From Candidatus Saccharimonadota bacterium (GTDB lineage Bacteria; Patescibacteriota; Gracilibacteria; UBA4473), in the NCBI GenBank assembly GCA_030429505.1, contig JAUIFI010000001.1, positions 120,001-152,000 of the forward strand: a DNA stretch of 32,000 bases, written 5' to 3'. The notes beneath the pieces were generated by a model. The model worked only from the letters and a program-made list of their open reading frames with translations. It was not told the DNA's origin and ran no database searches. Made by a program: the position numbers and the translations under genes. This document shows, piece by piece, positions 22,286 to 31,327 of this stretch. Every line of letters starts with the position of its first letter. Positions within the stretch are counted from its first letter, which is position 1.

Positions 22286-23701
22286 ATGGGAGCACATACC
22301 TCAGTTCAGACTACTGCAAAAGACTCTCAATCCCCCTTGTCCCGCAGTAGTTTAGAACGAGAACATAAAATTGTCCCACAAGCTCCCGAAGCAGAGCGTG
22401 CTGTTTTAGGATGTTTGCTTTTAGATAAAGATGCCGTGATAAAAATCATAGATTTTATTCAAGCCGACGACTTTTATCATGATCATCATCGTTTTATCTA
22501 TCAAGCTATTCTTGATCTCTTTCATCACTCTGAACCCGTAGACTTGGTTACCGTCTCTACAAAACTCCAAGCACAGGGAAAACTAGAAACCATCGGTGGA
22601 CCTGAGTATTTAGCCGAGATTCAAAACGAGGTTCCCATTGCTACTCACGTTTTTCAATACGCACAACTTGTCAAACACAGAGCTACCCTCAGAAAGCTTA
22701 TCAAGGCTGGCAATGACATCACCGGGCTTGGTTATGATTCAGAAAAAAGTATCGAAGAACTCCTTGAGTCCGCCGAAAAAAGAATTTTCTCTATCTCGCA
22801 AACTTTTCTCAAAGACCGATTTATCCCCATCAAAGAAATTTTGACTGCCAGCTATGAAAAATTTTGTGAAATTAACGAAAACCCAGAACTTGCCTACAAA
22901 GATAGAATTCCTACTTCCTTCAAAGACTTAGACAACAAACTCAACGGCGGTTTTAGCCCTTCTGATCTCATCATTATTGCCGCCAGACCATCAATGGGAA
23001 AGACAGCTTTTGCCCTTGCCATATCAATGAAAGTTTCTATCGAACAAAATAAAAAGGTCGGCATTATTTCGCTTGAAATGTCGAAAGAACAACTCGTTGA
23101 CCGTATGCTTTGTAGCCGACTTGAAATCGATTCTTGGAAGCTTCACAAAGGGAAGCTTGAAGATAAGGACTTTGAACGTATGGGACCAGTTATGGATGAA
23201 TTGTCCAAAGCCTCCATCTTTATCGACGATTCCATGGGAAGTTCTATCGTAGAATTGCGAGCTAAAGCTCGACGACTTCAAATGGAACACGGGATGGATA
23301 TGCTCGTCATTGACTATCTCCAGCTCATGAGTGGAGGAAGTAATTCACTCAATCGGGTTCAGGAAATATCAGAAATCTCTCGTAGTCTCAAGCAGCTTGC
23401 CCGAGAACTTCATATTCCAGTTATTGCTCTATCACAACTCTCTCGAAATGTGGAAAGTAGACCAGATCGTAGGCCAGCACTCGCTGATTTACGAGACTCT
23501 GGATCGATCGAGCAAGATGCTGATGCAGTCATGATGCTCTATCGAGATGATTACTACAATGAAGATTCAGAAGTAAAAAATGAACTTGAAATAAACCTTA
23601 TCAAACACAGAAATGGGGGAATTGGAAGAGTTTATTTACATTTTGATCGAAGTCGTATGAAATTCACCACTCTAGAAAAGAACCGACAAGCAGGATTTTA
23701 A
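22286..23701 (+). CDS. dnaB: replicative DNA helicase DnaB
   Basis: 471 aa. Motifs: PQAPEAERAVLGCLLLD, Walker A AARPSMGKTAFAL, LVIDYLQLM, IPVIALSQLSR, DLRDSGSIEQDAD. Confidence 0.95.
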   Translation: MGAHTSVQTTAKDSQSPLSRSSLEREHKIVPQAPEAERAVLGCLLLDKDAVIKIIDFIQADDFYHDHHRFIYQAILDLFHHSEPVDLVTVSTKLQAQGKLETIGGPEYLAEIQNEVPIATHVFQYAQLVKHRATLRKLIKAGNDITGLGYDSEKSIEELLESAEKRIFSISQTFLKDRFIPIKEILTASYEKFCEINENPELAYKDRIPTSFKDLDNKLNGGFSPSDLIIIAARPSMGKTAFALAISMKVSIEQNKKVGIISLEMSKEQLVDRMLCSRLEIDSWKLHKGKLEDKDFERMGPVMDELSKASIFIDDSMGSSIVELRAKARRLQMEHGMDMLVIDYLQLMSGGSNSLNRVQEISEISRSLKQLARELHIPVIALSQLSRNVESRPDRRPALADLRDSGSIEQDADAVMMLYRDDYYNEDSEVKNELEINLIKHRNGGIGRVYLHFDRSRMKFTTLEKNRQAGF

Positions 23702-23760
23702 CGTCAAAAAAAGAGCTTAAATAAAGCAAGAAAAAAGTTTTAATATTGATGTCTTAATAT

Positions 23761-23800
23761 CGGCTCGGTGTGATGAATTCCATGCCGGACCGCTTTCTTT
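23761..23800 (+). terminator. possible intrinsic terminator after dnaB
   Basis: Imperfect stem CGGCTCGGTGT (23761-23771) / ATGCCGGACCG (23782-23792), with one mismatch and three G-U pairs, followed by CTTTCTTTT. The 3' end of this span abuts the convergent murA stop codon (23800-23802). Confidence 0.3.
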
Positions 23801-25077
23801 TATGAAGAAGAAACTCGCCGAATTTTAGCTCCCACAGCTTCAAAGTTCTTTTCAAAGTTTTCATATCCACGATCAATATAATTGATATTGGTCACCTTTG
23901 TGATGCCTTCTGCGACCAGTCCGGCGAGTACCATAGCCGCTCCGGCTCGTAAATCCCAGCTCTGAACTTCTGTTCCTTTAAGTGGGGTGGGTCCTGTGAC
24001 ACGTGCCTGACGAGCATTAAAAATCTCTACTTGAGCACCCATTTTTTGCAATTCGTATAAGTAGGTCAGGCGGTTTTCAAAAAGAGTCTCAAAGATCATT
24101 GATTCACCTTCACATTGAGTAAGTAAAACTCCAAAAGGGGATTGTAGGTCTGTTGAAAATCCAGGAAAAATAGCCGTTTGTAACCTTGGTAAAGCTATTA
24201 ACTTTTTTGTAGGTTTGATGCGAAGCGCTCCCTCCTCCATAATAAAATTTGCTCCCATGCGTTTTAGGCTTCCGTAAAAAGAAAAAAGTTCCTTGTGATC
24301 AATATTTTTGATCAATATATCACCCTTCGTCAAAATACCGGCAATCGCATACGTACCGACTAAAATACCATCCGGAGGAATCACAAACTCGCCTCCGTTT
24401 AATTGTTTTTTTCCTTGAATTTTTAAATGATGGGTTCCAATACCATCAATATCAGCACCCATTTGCTGGAGCATTCGAAGCGTTGCCTGTACATGTGATT
24501 CTGCCGCCGCAAAATAAAGTTCGGCTTTTTCATCTTGTCCCGATAAAAAAATAGCTAAATTTTCCGTTCCCGTTACCGAAGCTTCGGATAAAAGTACTCG
24601 TTGTTCTGCCAGTCGATTTTTTTGAAATTTCAAATGAATCACCTCATCCTCACGGAGTACATCGGCTCCTAAAGTACGAAGACCATCTACATGGATGAAA
24701 TTCGGTCGTGCGCCGATGATACAACCTCCTGGCTGCATCATTTCACATTCACCACACCGTGCCAAAAGTGGTCCCATGATCAACAAAGAAGCTCGTAATT
24801 TCTTTACCTTCTCGCATTTCCGTAGCTTCTCTACATCAATATTATGTGCCTGAATTTCAACCGTATGAGATTCTAGATCTCGACTCACTTGAATGCCTAT
24901 TTCCTGAAAAATATCCAACAACACCTCTATATCCTCTATATTCGGCACATTATAAAAAACACACTTTTCTTTCGTTAAAAGCGCTGCACACAGCATAGGT
25001 AAAGCTGCATTTTTCGCACCAGGTATCGTAATTTCCCCCTCTAAAACATTACCACCTTCAATTTCAAAATGACTCAT
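23800..25077 (-). CDS. murA: UDP-N-acetylglucosamine 1-carboxyvinyltransferase
   Basis: 425 aa. Motifs: FEIEGGNVLEGEITIPGAKNAALPML and active-site Cys context QPGGCIIGARP. Full-length EPSP-synthase-fold pattern. Confidence 0.95.
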   Translation of the reverse strand: MSHFEIEGGNVLEGEITIPGAKNAALPMLCAALLTKEKCVFYNVPNIEDIEVLLDIFQEIGIQVSRDLESHTVEIQAHNIDVEKLRKCEKVKKLRASLLIMGPLLARCGECEMMQPGGCIIGARPNFIHVDGLRTLGADVLREDEVIHLKFQKNRLAEQRVLLSEASVTGTENLAIFLSGQDEKAELYFAAAESHVQATLRMLQQMGADIDGIGTHHLKIQGKKQLNGGEFVIPPDGILVGTYAIAGILTKGDILIKNIDHKELFSFYGSLKRMGANFIMEEGALRIKPTKKLIALPRLQTAIFPGFSTDLQSPFGVLLTQCEGESMIFETLFENRLTYLYELQKMGAQVEIFNARQARVTGPTPLKGTEVQSWDLRAGAAMVLAGLVAEGITKVTNINYIDRGYENFEKNFEAVGAKIRRVSSS

Positions 25078-25183
25078 CGTAACGCATTGTAATGATCAGG
25101 CATTAATTATCAATGAAGAACAAAAATATGAAAACATGTTCTAATTTTTAATAAAAATAATGAAAAAAAGTATAAAATAAACT

Positions 25184-26305
25184 TTAAGAAGTTATAATCT
25201 CTTCTTTGAATTTTTCAGCAAAGCGGTCTGTCATACCTGCTATGTAGTCACAAATTCTTCGTTCCAATGGCTCTTCAGACAAAAAATTATCAGGAAGATG
25301 GTACTGATATTGGTGTAAAAAATCAAAAATCTCTGAAATCATTTCTTGTCCTTTTTCTGTTACCTTTTGTACAGAAGGTGATAAATAATAACGGTGCATC
25401 AGGAACTGTTTAAGTTCATAAAACTGCTTCAACACATCAGCCGAAAAAGTTACGAGAAGCTCTGGTGTTTTTTGCACATCAGCTAATATACGAATATTAT
25501 ACTGCTCAATGTTTTGTAGTGTTTGCTCAGAGAGTTCATGCAAAAGATTTTTTATAATTCGACGAATAAGAGCTGGACGACTCTTTTTTTCATACTCGGG
25601 AAGTTCTTGAAATACTTTTTTCGGTAACGCTAAATTCTGGAGTTCAGAAAATTCAAAAAAACCACCTCTCAGCCCATCTTCTAAATCAGCTGCCAAATAA
25701 GCAATCTCATCAGAAATATCGACTAACTGAGCTTCTAAATGCGGTGAAAAAATAATTTCTCCTCCTGGACGTTCAAAAGAAGAACTATGCTTTTGCATGC
25801 CCTCTAAAACTTCAAACGTCAAATTAAGTCCCGGAAAATTAGAATACCGTGTCTCAAATACTTCAACTACTCTCAGACTTTGTTCATTGTGCTCAAATCG
25901 AAAACCAAAGCTTTTCATTTTTTCATCCAAAACTTTCTCTCCAGCATGTCCAAAAGGAGGATGACCTAGATCATGAGCTAGAGCAATAGTTTCCGCCAAA
26001 TCTTCATTCAGACGTAAAAATCGTGCCATATCTCGCGCAATCTGTGCTACCTCGATAGTATGTGTCAATCGATTTCGAAAATGATCTCCTGAAGTCGGAG
26101 GCACCACCTGCATTTTTCCTTTCAGTCGACGAAAAGAAGTTGTGTGAATAATCCGATCTCGATCTCTCTGAAAGGGCAAACGATCATAGGCTTCGGCTTC
26201 TTTATACTTTCTCCCTCGAGACATACTATGCTTTTGTGCATAAGAAGCTAGGTGTTTATCAAATACCAATGGATCAAGCGTCAATTTTGCTTTTTTTTTG
26301 CGCAT
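25184..26305 (-). CDS. dgt: dGTPase-like HD-domain deoxynucleoside triphosphate triphosphohydrolase
   Basis: 373 aa. Motifs: FQRDRDRIIHTTSFRRLKGKMQV, NRLTHTIEVAQIARDMAR, LAHDLGHPPFGHAGE, ICDYIAGMTDRFA. Confidence 0.88.
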   Translation of the reverse strand: MRKKKAKLTLDPLVFDKHLASYAQKHSMSRGRKYKEAEAYDRLPFQRDRDRIIHTTSFRRLKGKMQVVPPTSGDHFRNRLTHTIEVAQIARDMARFLRLNEDLAETIALAHDLGHPPFGHAGEKVLDEKMKSFGFRFEHNEQSLRVVEVFETRYSNFPGLNLTFEVLEGMQKHSSSFERPGGEIIFSPHLEAQLVDISDEIAYLAADLEDGLRGGFFEFSELQNLALPKKVFQELPEYEKKSRPALIRRIIKNLLHELSEQTLQNIEQYNIRILADVQKTPELLVTFSADVLKQFYELKQFLMHRYYLSPSVQKVTEKGQEMISEIFDFLHQYQYHLPDNFLSEEPLERRICDYIAGMTDRFAEKFKEEIITS

Positions 26306-26332
26306 AGGGAATACTACGCTACAATAAAATTG

Positions 26333-26488
26333 ATGCTAGCAAAAGTAAAATCATCTCAAAAAGATTCTCAATCAAAAGTTTCATCTGCTCAATCATCGGG
26401 GGAGAAGATTCAGGAAGAAACCAAAACTTTGTGGGGGAAAAACCGGTTTGAAACCAGCTTGCAATTTGTCATGAGTCATCATGAATAG
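26333..26488 (+). CDS. possible small hydrophilic protein (51 aa), low confidence
   Basis: TACAAT (26320-26325) lies 7 nt before the ATG at 26333. The ORF MLAKVKSSQKDSQSKVSSAQSSGEKIQEETKTLWGKNRFETSLQFVMSHHE fills the 175-nt dgt/lemA divergent gap and overlaps the lemA start by 8 nt. No recognisable family. Confidence 0.25.
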   Translation: MLAKVKSSQKDSQSKVSSAQSSGEKIQEETKTLWGKNRFETSLQFVMSHHE

Positions 26489-27146
26489 AATCTCTTCCGG
26501 TCCACGTCCTAGCGGCATTGAACCAAGTATATGGGAGCAATTTTTCGAAAAATTCTTAAGCCAATTTCCGATTTCATGGCAAGAAACTCTGTATTCTTGG
26601 GGAAATGTTATAAAGAATTTTTGGGATTCGTATGCTACCTGGATATTACTAATCATTGTAATATTGGCACTTCTCAAGGTCATGATATCAGTCGTTCGTC
26701 GACAAGAAAAAAGCATCCAAAAACTTTGGAATCTTTTACTCTTTTTCTTATCAAAAAGACAAATGATGATTCCTCTGATTTATACTGTTGCCAAACGAGA
26801 GAAGATGTTAAAAGATGAAGAGCTCCAAAAACTACTGGAGATAAAACAAAAATGTCATAGTATGCCTTTTAAAAAGGATCCTCAAAAGAGACTTGAAGTC
26901 GAAAAAGAAGCTTCTCGCGTCCTTTTCTCCTATTTCTCTCAAGTAGAACAAAAAAAACAAAAAAATCCTATTATGCAACAAGTCATTAAAGATTTTGAAT
27001 TTATGGACCAAAAACTCGTTGAACTTCAAAAAGTCTATAATCAAGCTGCTCAGAGCTGGAACAAAAAAAGAAATATATTTCCCATTAGTCTTCTAGCAGG
27101 AATCTTTCGCTTTAAAAGATTTCAACCTTTCGGTGACCGCTCATGA
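26481..27146 (+). CDS. LemA family membrane protein
   Basis: 221 aa with one TM segment (WILLIIVILALLKVMISVV). LemA-like segments: KRQMMIPLIYTVAKREKMLKDEE and the C-terminal VYNQAAQSWNKKRNIFPISLLAGIFRFKRFQPF. ATGA overlap with lgt. Confidence 0.68.
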   Translation: MNRISSGPRPSGIEPSIWEQFFEKFLSQFPISWQETLYSWGNVIKNFWDSYATWILLIIVILALLKVMISVVRRQEKSIQKLWNLLLFFLSKRQMMIPLIYTVAKREKMLKDEELQKLLEIKQKCHSMPFKKDPQKRLEVEKEASRVLFSYFSQVEQKKQKNPIMQQVIKDFEFMDQKLVELQKVYNQAAQSWNKKRNIFPISLLAGIFRFKRFQPFGDRS

Positions 27147-27937
27147 TCTGGGATATAGATCCAGTAGCATTTTCTATATTTGGCTTCCATGTTCGTTGGT
27201 ATGGATTAGTATATTTGTTGGGATTTTGGATTGCTTTAAAGTACGGATTTCATCTGCAAAAAAAAATCCTATCCCACCCTCTGTCCAAAGACAAATTTGA
27301 AAGCTTAACTTTTGGTACTTTTTTTACTGGAATCATTGGAGGAAGGCTTGGAGAATTTATATTTTATTATCCGGAAACGTTCTTATCTAATTTTCTTCAA
27401 ATATTCAAAGTCTGGGAAGGCGGGATGTCAATTCATGGGGGTATTATTGGATCATTTCTATACATCATGTGGTTTGCTCGTAAACACAACATTGCCATGC
27501 TCCGTATCACCGATATCTTTGCCTTACCCTTAGCTATAACACTCATTCTAGGACGATTTGCGAATTTTATTAATGGAGAATTGGTTGGGATTTCAACAGG
27601 AACTGACTGGGGAGTCGTTTTTCCTCACATTGACGACCAATTACGCCATCCTACTCAACTCTACGAATCAGCTAAAAATCTTATTCTTAGTGGAGTGATC
27701 TTTTTTTCATTCAGCAAGGGAGCTGGAAAAAAGGTAGGAATGCTTACCACACTTTTTCTCCTCGGTTATGGTGTCATGCGTTTTATCATCGAGTTTTGGA
27801 AAGAATCTACAGACGTTTTTCTTGGGCTCAATACCGGACAGATATTATGTATCTTCATGATAGCGGGAGCTCTATGGATAGTATTTCGAGAGCGGTGGTG
27901 GAGTAAAAAAGAAACAAGTAGACAAAAAATATTATAA
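27143..27937 (+). CDS. lgt: prolipoprotein diacylglyceryl transferase
   Basis: 264 aa. Motifs: VRWYGLVYLLGF, GGRLG, WEGGMSIHGG, GRFANFINGEL, HPTQLYES. Confidence 0.92.
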   Translation: MIWDIDPVAFSIFGFHVRWYGLVYLLGFWIALKYGFHLQKKILSHPLSKDKFESLTFGTFFTGIIGGRLGEFIFYYPETFLSNFLQIFKVWEGGMSIHGGIIGSFLYIMWFARKHNIAMLRITDIFALPLAITLILGRFANFINGELVGISTGTDWGVVFPHIDDQLRHPTQLYESAKNLILSGVIFFSFSKGAGKKVGMLTTLFLLGYGVMRFIIEFWKESTDVFLGLNTGQILCIFMIAGALWIVFRERWWSKKETSRQKIL

Positions 27938-28007
27938 AAGTACAGTAAAAATAGGAGGAAGGTCGTGTTTTCTCAATCATAAGGAAGCTACGCGAGAGAA
28001 GTAAGTT

Positions 28008-28313
28008 ATGTTTCTTCTCAACGTCTTTGATATGGAGGTACAAAATTTTCGTTCTATGGTTTTAGCAGAATTACAACACAACGGAGTATTTTACTTCCGA
28101 GCCAAAGTACATCCTTATTCTTCGAGTAATAAAATTGTTCAAATAATGGATGATGAAGAACATACAGTAAAAATAAATATCAAGGCAATACCCGAAAAAG
28201 GCGAAGCTAATAAAGCTATCTGCCAATTTCTTAATAAAGAGTTTCAGTGTCAATGCGATATCATTTCCGGACATCGAAATGGAGTGAAGTTGATAAAATT
28301 ATATTTACACTAA
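28008..28313 (+). CDS. DUF167 (YggU/UPF0235) family protein
   Basis: 101 aa. FRAKVHPYSSSNKIV...VKINIKAIPEKGEANKAICQFLNKEF...IISGHRNGVKLIKL matches the DUF167 pattern (PxxGxAN ... G..s..K). Confidence 0.75.
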   Translation: MFLLNVFDMEVQNFRSMVLAELQHNGVFYFRAKVHPYSSSNKIVQIMDDEEHTVKINIKAIPEKGEANKAICQFLNKEFQCQCDIISGHRNGVKLIKLYLH

Positions 28314-28340
28314 AAATCGTATATCAATCCAATAGAATCC

Positions 28341-28445
28341 CTTAGCAAGAGAATCGGGGAATAACTACATCCCTGCGCAAGCAGAGATATCTGTTTAAAT
28401 AAACATTTTCGGCTACTTGAGAGATTGTCCCCTTCGCTGGCTAAA
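28341..28445 (+). promoter_or_regulatory. candidate structured 5' leader (possible riboswitch-like element) upstream of the GNMT-like methyltransferase
   Basis: Closing helices: TTAGC (28342-28346)/GCTAA (28440-28444), and GAA..GGGGA (28351-28360)/TCCCCTTC (28428-28435). Internal hairpin ATCCCTGC-GCAA-GCAGAGAT (28369-28388) with a GNRA loop. AT hairpin TGTTT-AAAT-AAACA (28392-28405). No known riboswitch class recognised. Confidence 0.25.
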
Positions 28446-28495
28446 AAAACAATAATTCTTACAATAAAAAAAACAATAAGAATCTCCTAAAACAA

Positions 28496-29350
28496 ATGAC
28501 CTTCATAAATACCCTTCCCTACATAAGTAATCCTGTGGAAGAGTTTAAAAACTTTAAATATGTGAGTTGGGAAAAAGATATATACCCCAAGTTTAAAGGA
28601 GGAACAAAAGACTCAGAAATAGAGTTTTTTACTCATCTTATTAAAGAAAAAAATATTAAAAATATTTTGGATCTTGGTGTTGGCGGTGGAAGCGAGTTAA
28701 GCGCTATTTTTAAAAAGTTGAAAAATGATCATTATAAACTAGAAAGTGCTGAAGCGAATGAAATAGATGATGATTTTATAGATCAAGCTCAAAAGCTTTT
28801 TTACAAGAAAAAACAAGATATTACTATCCACAAAGGCAACTGGGTGGATCTTCCAGAAGCCATCCCTAAATATACACACGCCTTTGATTTTGCTTTCTTA
28901 ACTGGGAACTCATTGACATATATTGGAGGAGGGACGAGAGAATATACTAAAAAGGCTCAACAAAGCGTAGTTAGTAAATTTTCCCAGCTTATAAAACCGG
29001 GAGGATATCTTTTTTTAGACTCAAGAAACTATGACTATATCCGGTCACTTATGAATTTAACTCCTGATAAGATATTTGAAAATTTCAATTTTGATTACAG
29101 CGTTTATTATCATGGTTTTCAGGACAAAATCATTGCTTTTCCAGCCTATATAAGCGAAACCGTTGTGGTACTTCACTACTATGATATCGAAGCGAATATT
29201 TGGGGAAAGTTAGACGTCTATCCAATCTACCAAAGTGATATGATTGATATTTTAGGAAAGGACTTTGTGATTGAAAAAATATTTCATGATTTTGAAGAAA
29301 AAAACAAATCAAAAAGTTTATTTGTTCAGTACTTAGCAAGACGAAAATAA
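28496..29350 (+). CDS. SAM-dependent methyltransferase, glycine N-methyltransferase (GNMT/GSMT)-like
   Basis: 284 aa with SAM motif I ILDLGVGGGSE. Segments match GNMT as I recall it: GNWVDLPEAIP (GNMT ANWLTLDKDVP), FLTGNSLTYI (ICLGNSFAHL), KPGGYLFLDSRNYDYI (RPGGLLVIDHRNYDYI). Confidence 0.78.
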   Translation: MTFINTLPYISNPVEEFKNFKYVSWEKDIYPKFKGGTKDSEIEFFTHLIKEKNIKNILDLGVGGGSELSAIFKKLKNDHYKLESAEANEIDDDFIDQAQKLFYKKKQDITIHKGNWVDLPEAIPKYTHAFDFAFLTGNSLTYIGGGTREYTKKAQQSVVSKFSQLIKPGGYLFLDSRNYDYIRSLMNLTPDKIFENFNFDYSVYYHGFQDKIIAFPAYISETVVVLHYYDIEANIWGKLDVYPIYQSDMIDILGKDFVIEKIFHDFEEKNKSKSLFVQYLARRK

Positions 29351-29362
29351 ATTTTTTTTAAC

Positions 29363-29710
29363 TTATCCCGCAATATCACTCCCCACCGCTCGCTCTACAA
29401 TCTTTGATATCCGTTTTAAACCAAAATCTTTATCCTGACTCTCAGGAGAGGGGACAGGGACGACGGCTGGTAAAGGTTTTTTTGATAATTTTATCAAAAG
29501 ATCATCTGGCAATCCTTTATAATAAGTTTCTTCAACAAATATAATTGCATATTCAGCTGTTTTCTGTTCAACATTCTGTTGTCGAGATGATAAATCCTCT
29601 AAAACATTTCTCGCTTGAGAAGGTTCAGCAACAGAATGAGCTTCCACTCCCAATGCCTGATAAATCAGGATTGAAGTAGAATTGCCAATAACTGCGAGTT
29701 TACAATGCAT
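29363..29710 (-). CDS. ntpG: V/A-type ATPase subunit F
   Basis: 115 aa. KLAVIGNSTSILIYQALGVEAH, YAIIFVEE, KKPLPAVVPVPS, ERAVGSDI match the subunit F pattern. It follows subunit C after a 9-nt gap. Confidence 0.85.
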   Translation of the reverse strand: MHCKLAVIGNSTSILIYQALGVEAHSVAEPSQARNVLEDLSSRQQNVEQKTAEYAIIFVEETYYKGLPDDLLIKLSKKPLPAVVPVPSPESQDKDFGLKRISKIVERAVGSDIAG

Positions 29711-29719
29711 GAGAAGAAG

Positions 29720-30730
29720 TTAAAAAGCTCTGATCTTTTCATAAATAGTTTCTGTAGGAATCCCATGAAACTTTGAAAACATAATAAATTTAAGCATCTT
29801 TGCATTCTGAATACGACGGTGCATATATGACAAAGGTACTTGAATAGAGTTAATTTCTCCGGATTGTCCTTCATGGAGAAACTGATCATAGATTTTATCG
29901 AGTTGTCTCTCAATCGTGAGAACCAACTCTTCAGAACTATCCTGATCGGAGATATTAGCAAAAACTGAAGAAAACAGTCTAACTTTGAGTAATTGGTCTT
30001 TGCTCGAAACTTCAGCACATTCAGTCCAGGTTAAAGTACCAAGTGGAATAAAGCACTCTTTCTTCAAAGGTTCTTCCCGCATCAAAACAGATCTTGTCAA
30101 AGATTTGAAATTCGTAATATCGACTAAAAGTAAAAAAAGATCTTTCAAGAAACGATTTCCGGATTTTTGTACAATCGTATATAAAATTTCAAAATAAAGT
30201 TGGTCGAGAAAAAACTCTATCTTTGAAAAGTTTTGATCGTCCTGCCACTGAGACTCTATGTATTGTAATTGTTCTCCAAAATTATCACCCAAGTAGTTCA
30301 AAAATTCCTCAGGGATTACACTATTCCAGACGATGTTTTCAACATCAGATTGGTCTAAATTTCCCAGCAAAGAAAAACCATGAGTTTGGGAAAAATGTTC
30401 CAAAGATGATTTCTTATCAAGTAACTTTAGTTTAAAGGCTCGCTTCAAATTATTAATATCCGCTGGTAGCCATAAAAATTGTAATCCCGGATTATTTTCC
30501 GTCTCTCTCATGAGTAATTCCTTCGTTTCCAAAAGTCCTTGTTCAATTATACGATCAAAATCTTCAGCTTTCGCTTCTTCATCGATATAATCCGCATATT
30601 GTAGCTCTATAAGGATCCGAAAAGCTTCATGAGGAGTTTTTGCTCCGATCATTCGATCAAGACGATTAATTGTCAATAAACGAGTTTCCAAGGCTCGTAT
30701 CTGACCGGTAACAAAAAGAAGATCAGTCAT
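29720..30730 (-). CDS. ntpC: V/A-type ATPase subunit C (eukaryotic d homolog)
   Basis: 336 aa. The N-terminal VTGQIRALETRLLTINRLDRMIGAKTPHEAFRIL is typical of this subunit. ATGA overlap with subunit E. Confidence 0.85.
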   Translation of the reverse strand: MTDLLFVTGQIRALETRLLTINRLDRMIGAKTPHEAFRILIELQYADYIDEEAKAEDFDRIIEQGLLETKELLMRETENNPGLQFLWLPADINNLKRAFKLKLLDKKSSLEHFSQTHGFSLLGNLDQSDVENIVWNSVIPEEFLNYLGDNFGEQLQYIESQWQDDQNFSKIEFFLDQLYFEILYTIVQKSGNRFLKDLFLLLVDITNFKSLTRSVLMREEPLKKECFIPLGTLTWTECAEVSSKDQLLKVRLFSSVFANISDQDSSEELVLTIERQLDKIYDQFLHEGQSGEINSIQVPLSYMHRRIQNAKMLKFIMFSKFHGIPTETIYEKIRAF

Positions 30731-31287
30731 GAGACAAATTTCAGTTCTTCAGACAAATGTAACATCAATGGTTCTCGAAATTCAGAGAAAACCAATGATC
30801 GAAACGAATTATCAATTTCCGTACCACCAGAATGGACGAGAAACCCTCCGCTAATATTCTTATGTGCCACTACATCAAATCCGCCAGGAGCACATTTTGA
30901 TGTGATTTCTAATCTTTTTGGAGGTGCTAGAATTTTTCCAGAAGAAACAGACAATTGCTCAAAAAGCTTATCCAGAATTTGTTTATATGTTTTCTCATCT
31001 GCTTGTTCAAGCTTGTGTAAAAAAGCTTCAAAAAAACTTTCTAATACCTTATGTTTCGCTTCAAGAAGTGATTGGCTGTTCTGTCTTCGAGCCATAGAAC
31101 GAGTTTTCTCTTCCACAGATTTTAAAGCATCTTTGGTTTTTTTCTCGATTTGGGCAGACTCTTGCTTTTCTCTTTGAACAAATTCTTCTCGAATCTTTTC
31201 CAGATCAGATACGACATCGCTTTCTATCTGCGCTACATTTTCAGCAGCATCATCAAGAATTTTTCTTAAAATATCTTGCAGAGACAT
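30727..31287 (-). CDS. ntpE: V/A-type ATPase subunit E
   Basis: 186 aa. Long charged N-terminal helix (LQDILRKILDDAAENVAQIESD...) plus a globular C-terminal part (GGFLVHSGGTEIDNSF). Confidence 0.82.
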   Translation of the reverse strand: MSLQDILRKILDDAAENVAQIESDVVSDLEKIREEFVQREKQESAQIEKKTKDALKSVEEKTRSMARRQNSQSLLEAKHKVLESFFEAFLHKLEQADEKTYKQILDKLFEQLSVSSGKILAPPKRLEITSKCAPGGFDVVAHKNISGGFLVHSGGTEIDNSFRSLVFSEFREPLMLHLSEELKFVS

Positions 31288-31327
31288 TACGAATGAATAA
31301 TTAAAAACTAAGAATTAATACAGTATA

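Noticed and set aside
26393-26716. 107-aa minus-strand ORF spanning the dgt/lemA gap
   Set aside because: It mostly overlaps the lemA coding region in antisense. It has no motifs and no promoter-like or start context.
27954-27982. The only strong Shine-Dalgarno in the window (AGGAGGAAGG), 6 nt before a GTG
   Set aside because: The ORF it would drive is just five codons (GTG TTT TCT CAA TCA TAA) and is out of frame with the DUF167 gene. This is not enough to call a leader peptide or regulatory uORF.
28341-28352. SAM-I riboswitch, because of CTTAGCAAGAG (compare the CTTATCAAGAG box)
   Set aside because: I could not find the remaining conserved SAM-I elements (the GAGGGA...GGCCC kink-turn region and the GGTGCTAA/AGA...GATGAG 3' half). 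It is kept only as an unclassified structured leader. A PreQ1-like A-tract (CTAAAAAAAC) was dismissed for the same reason.
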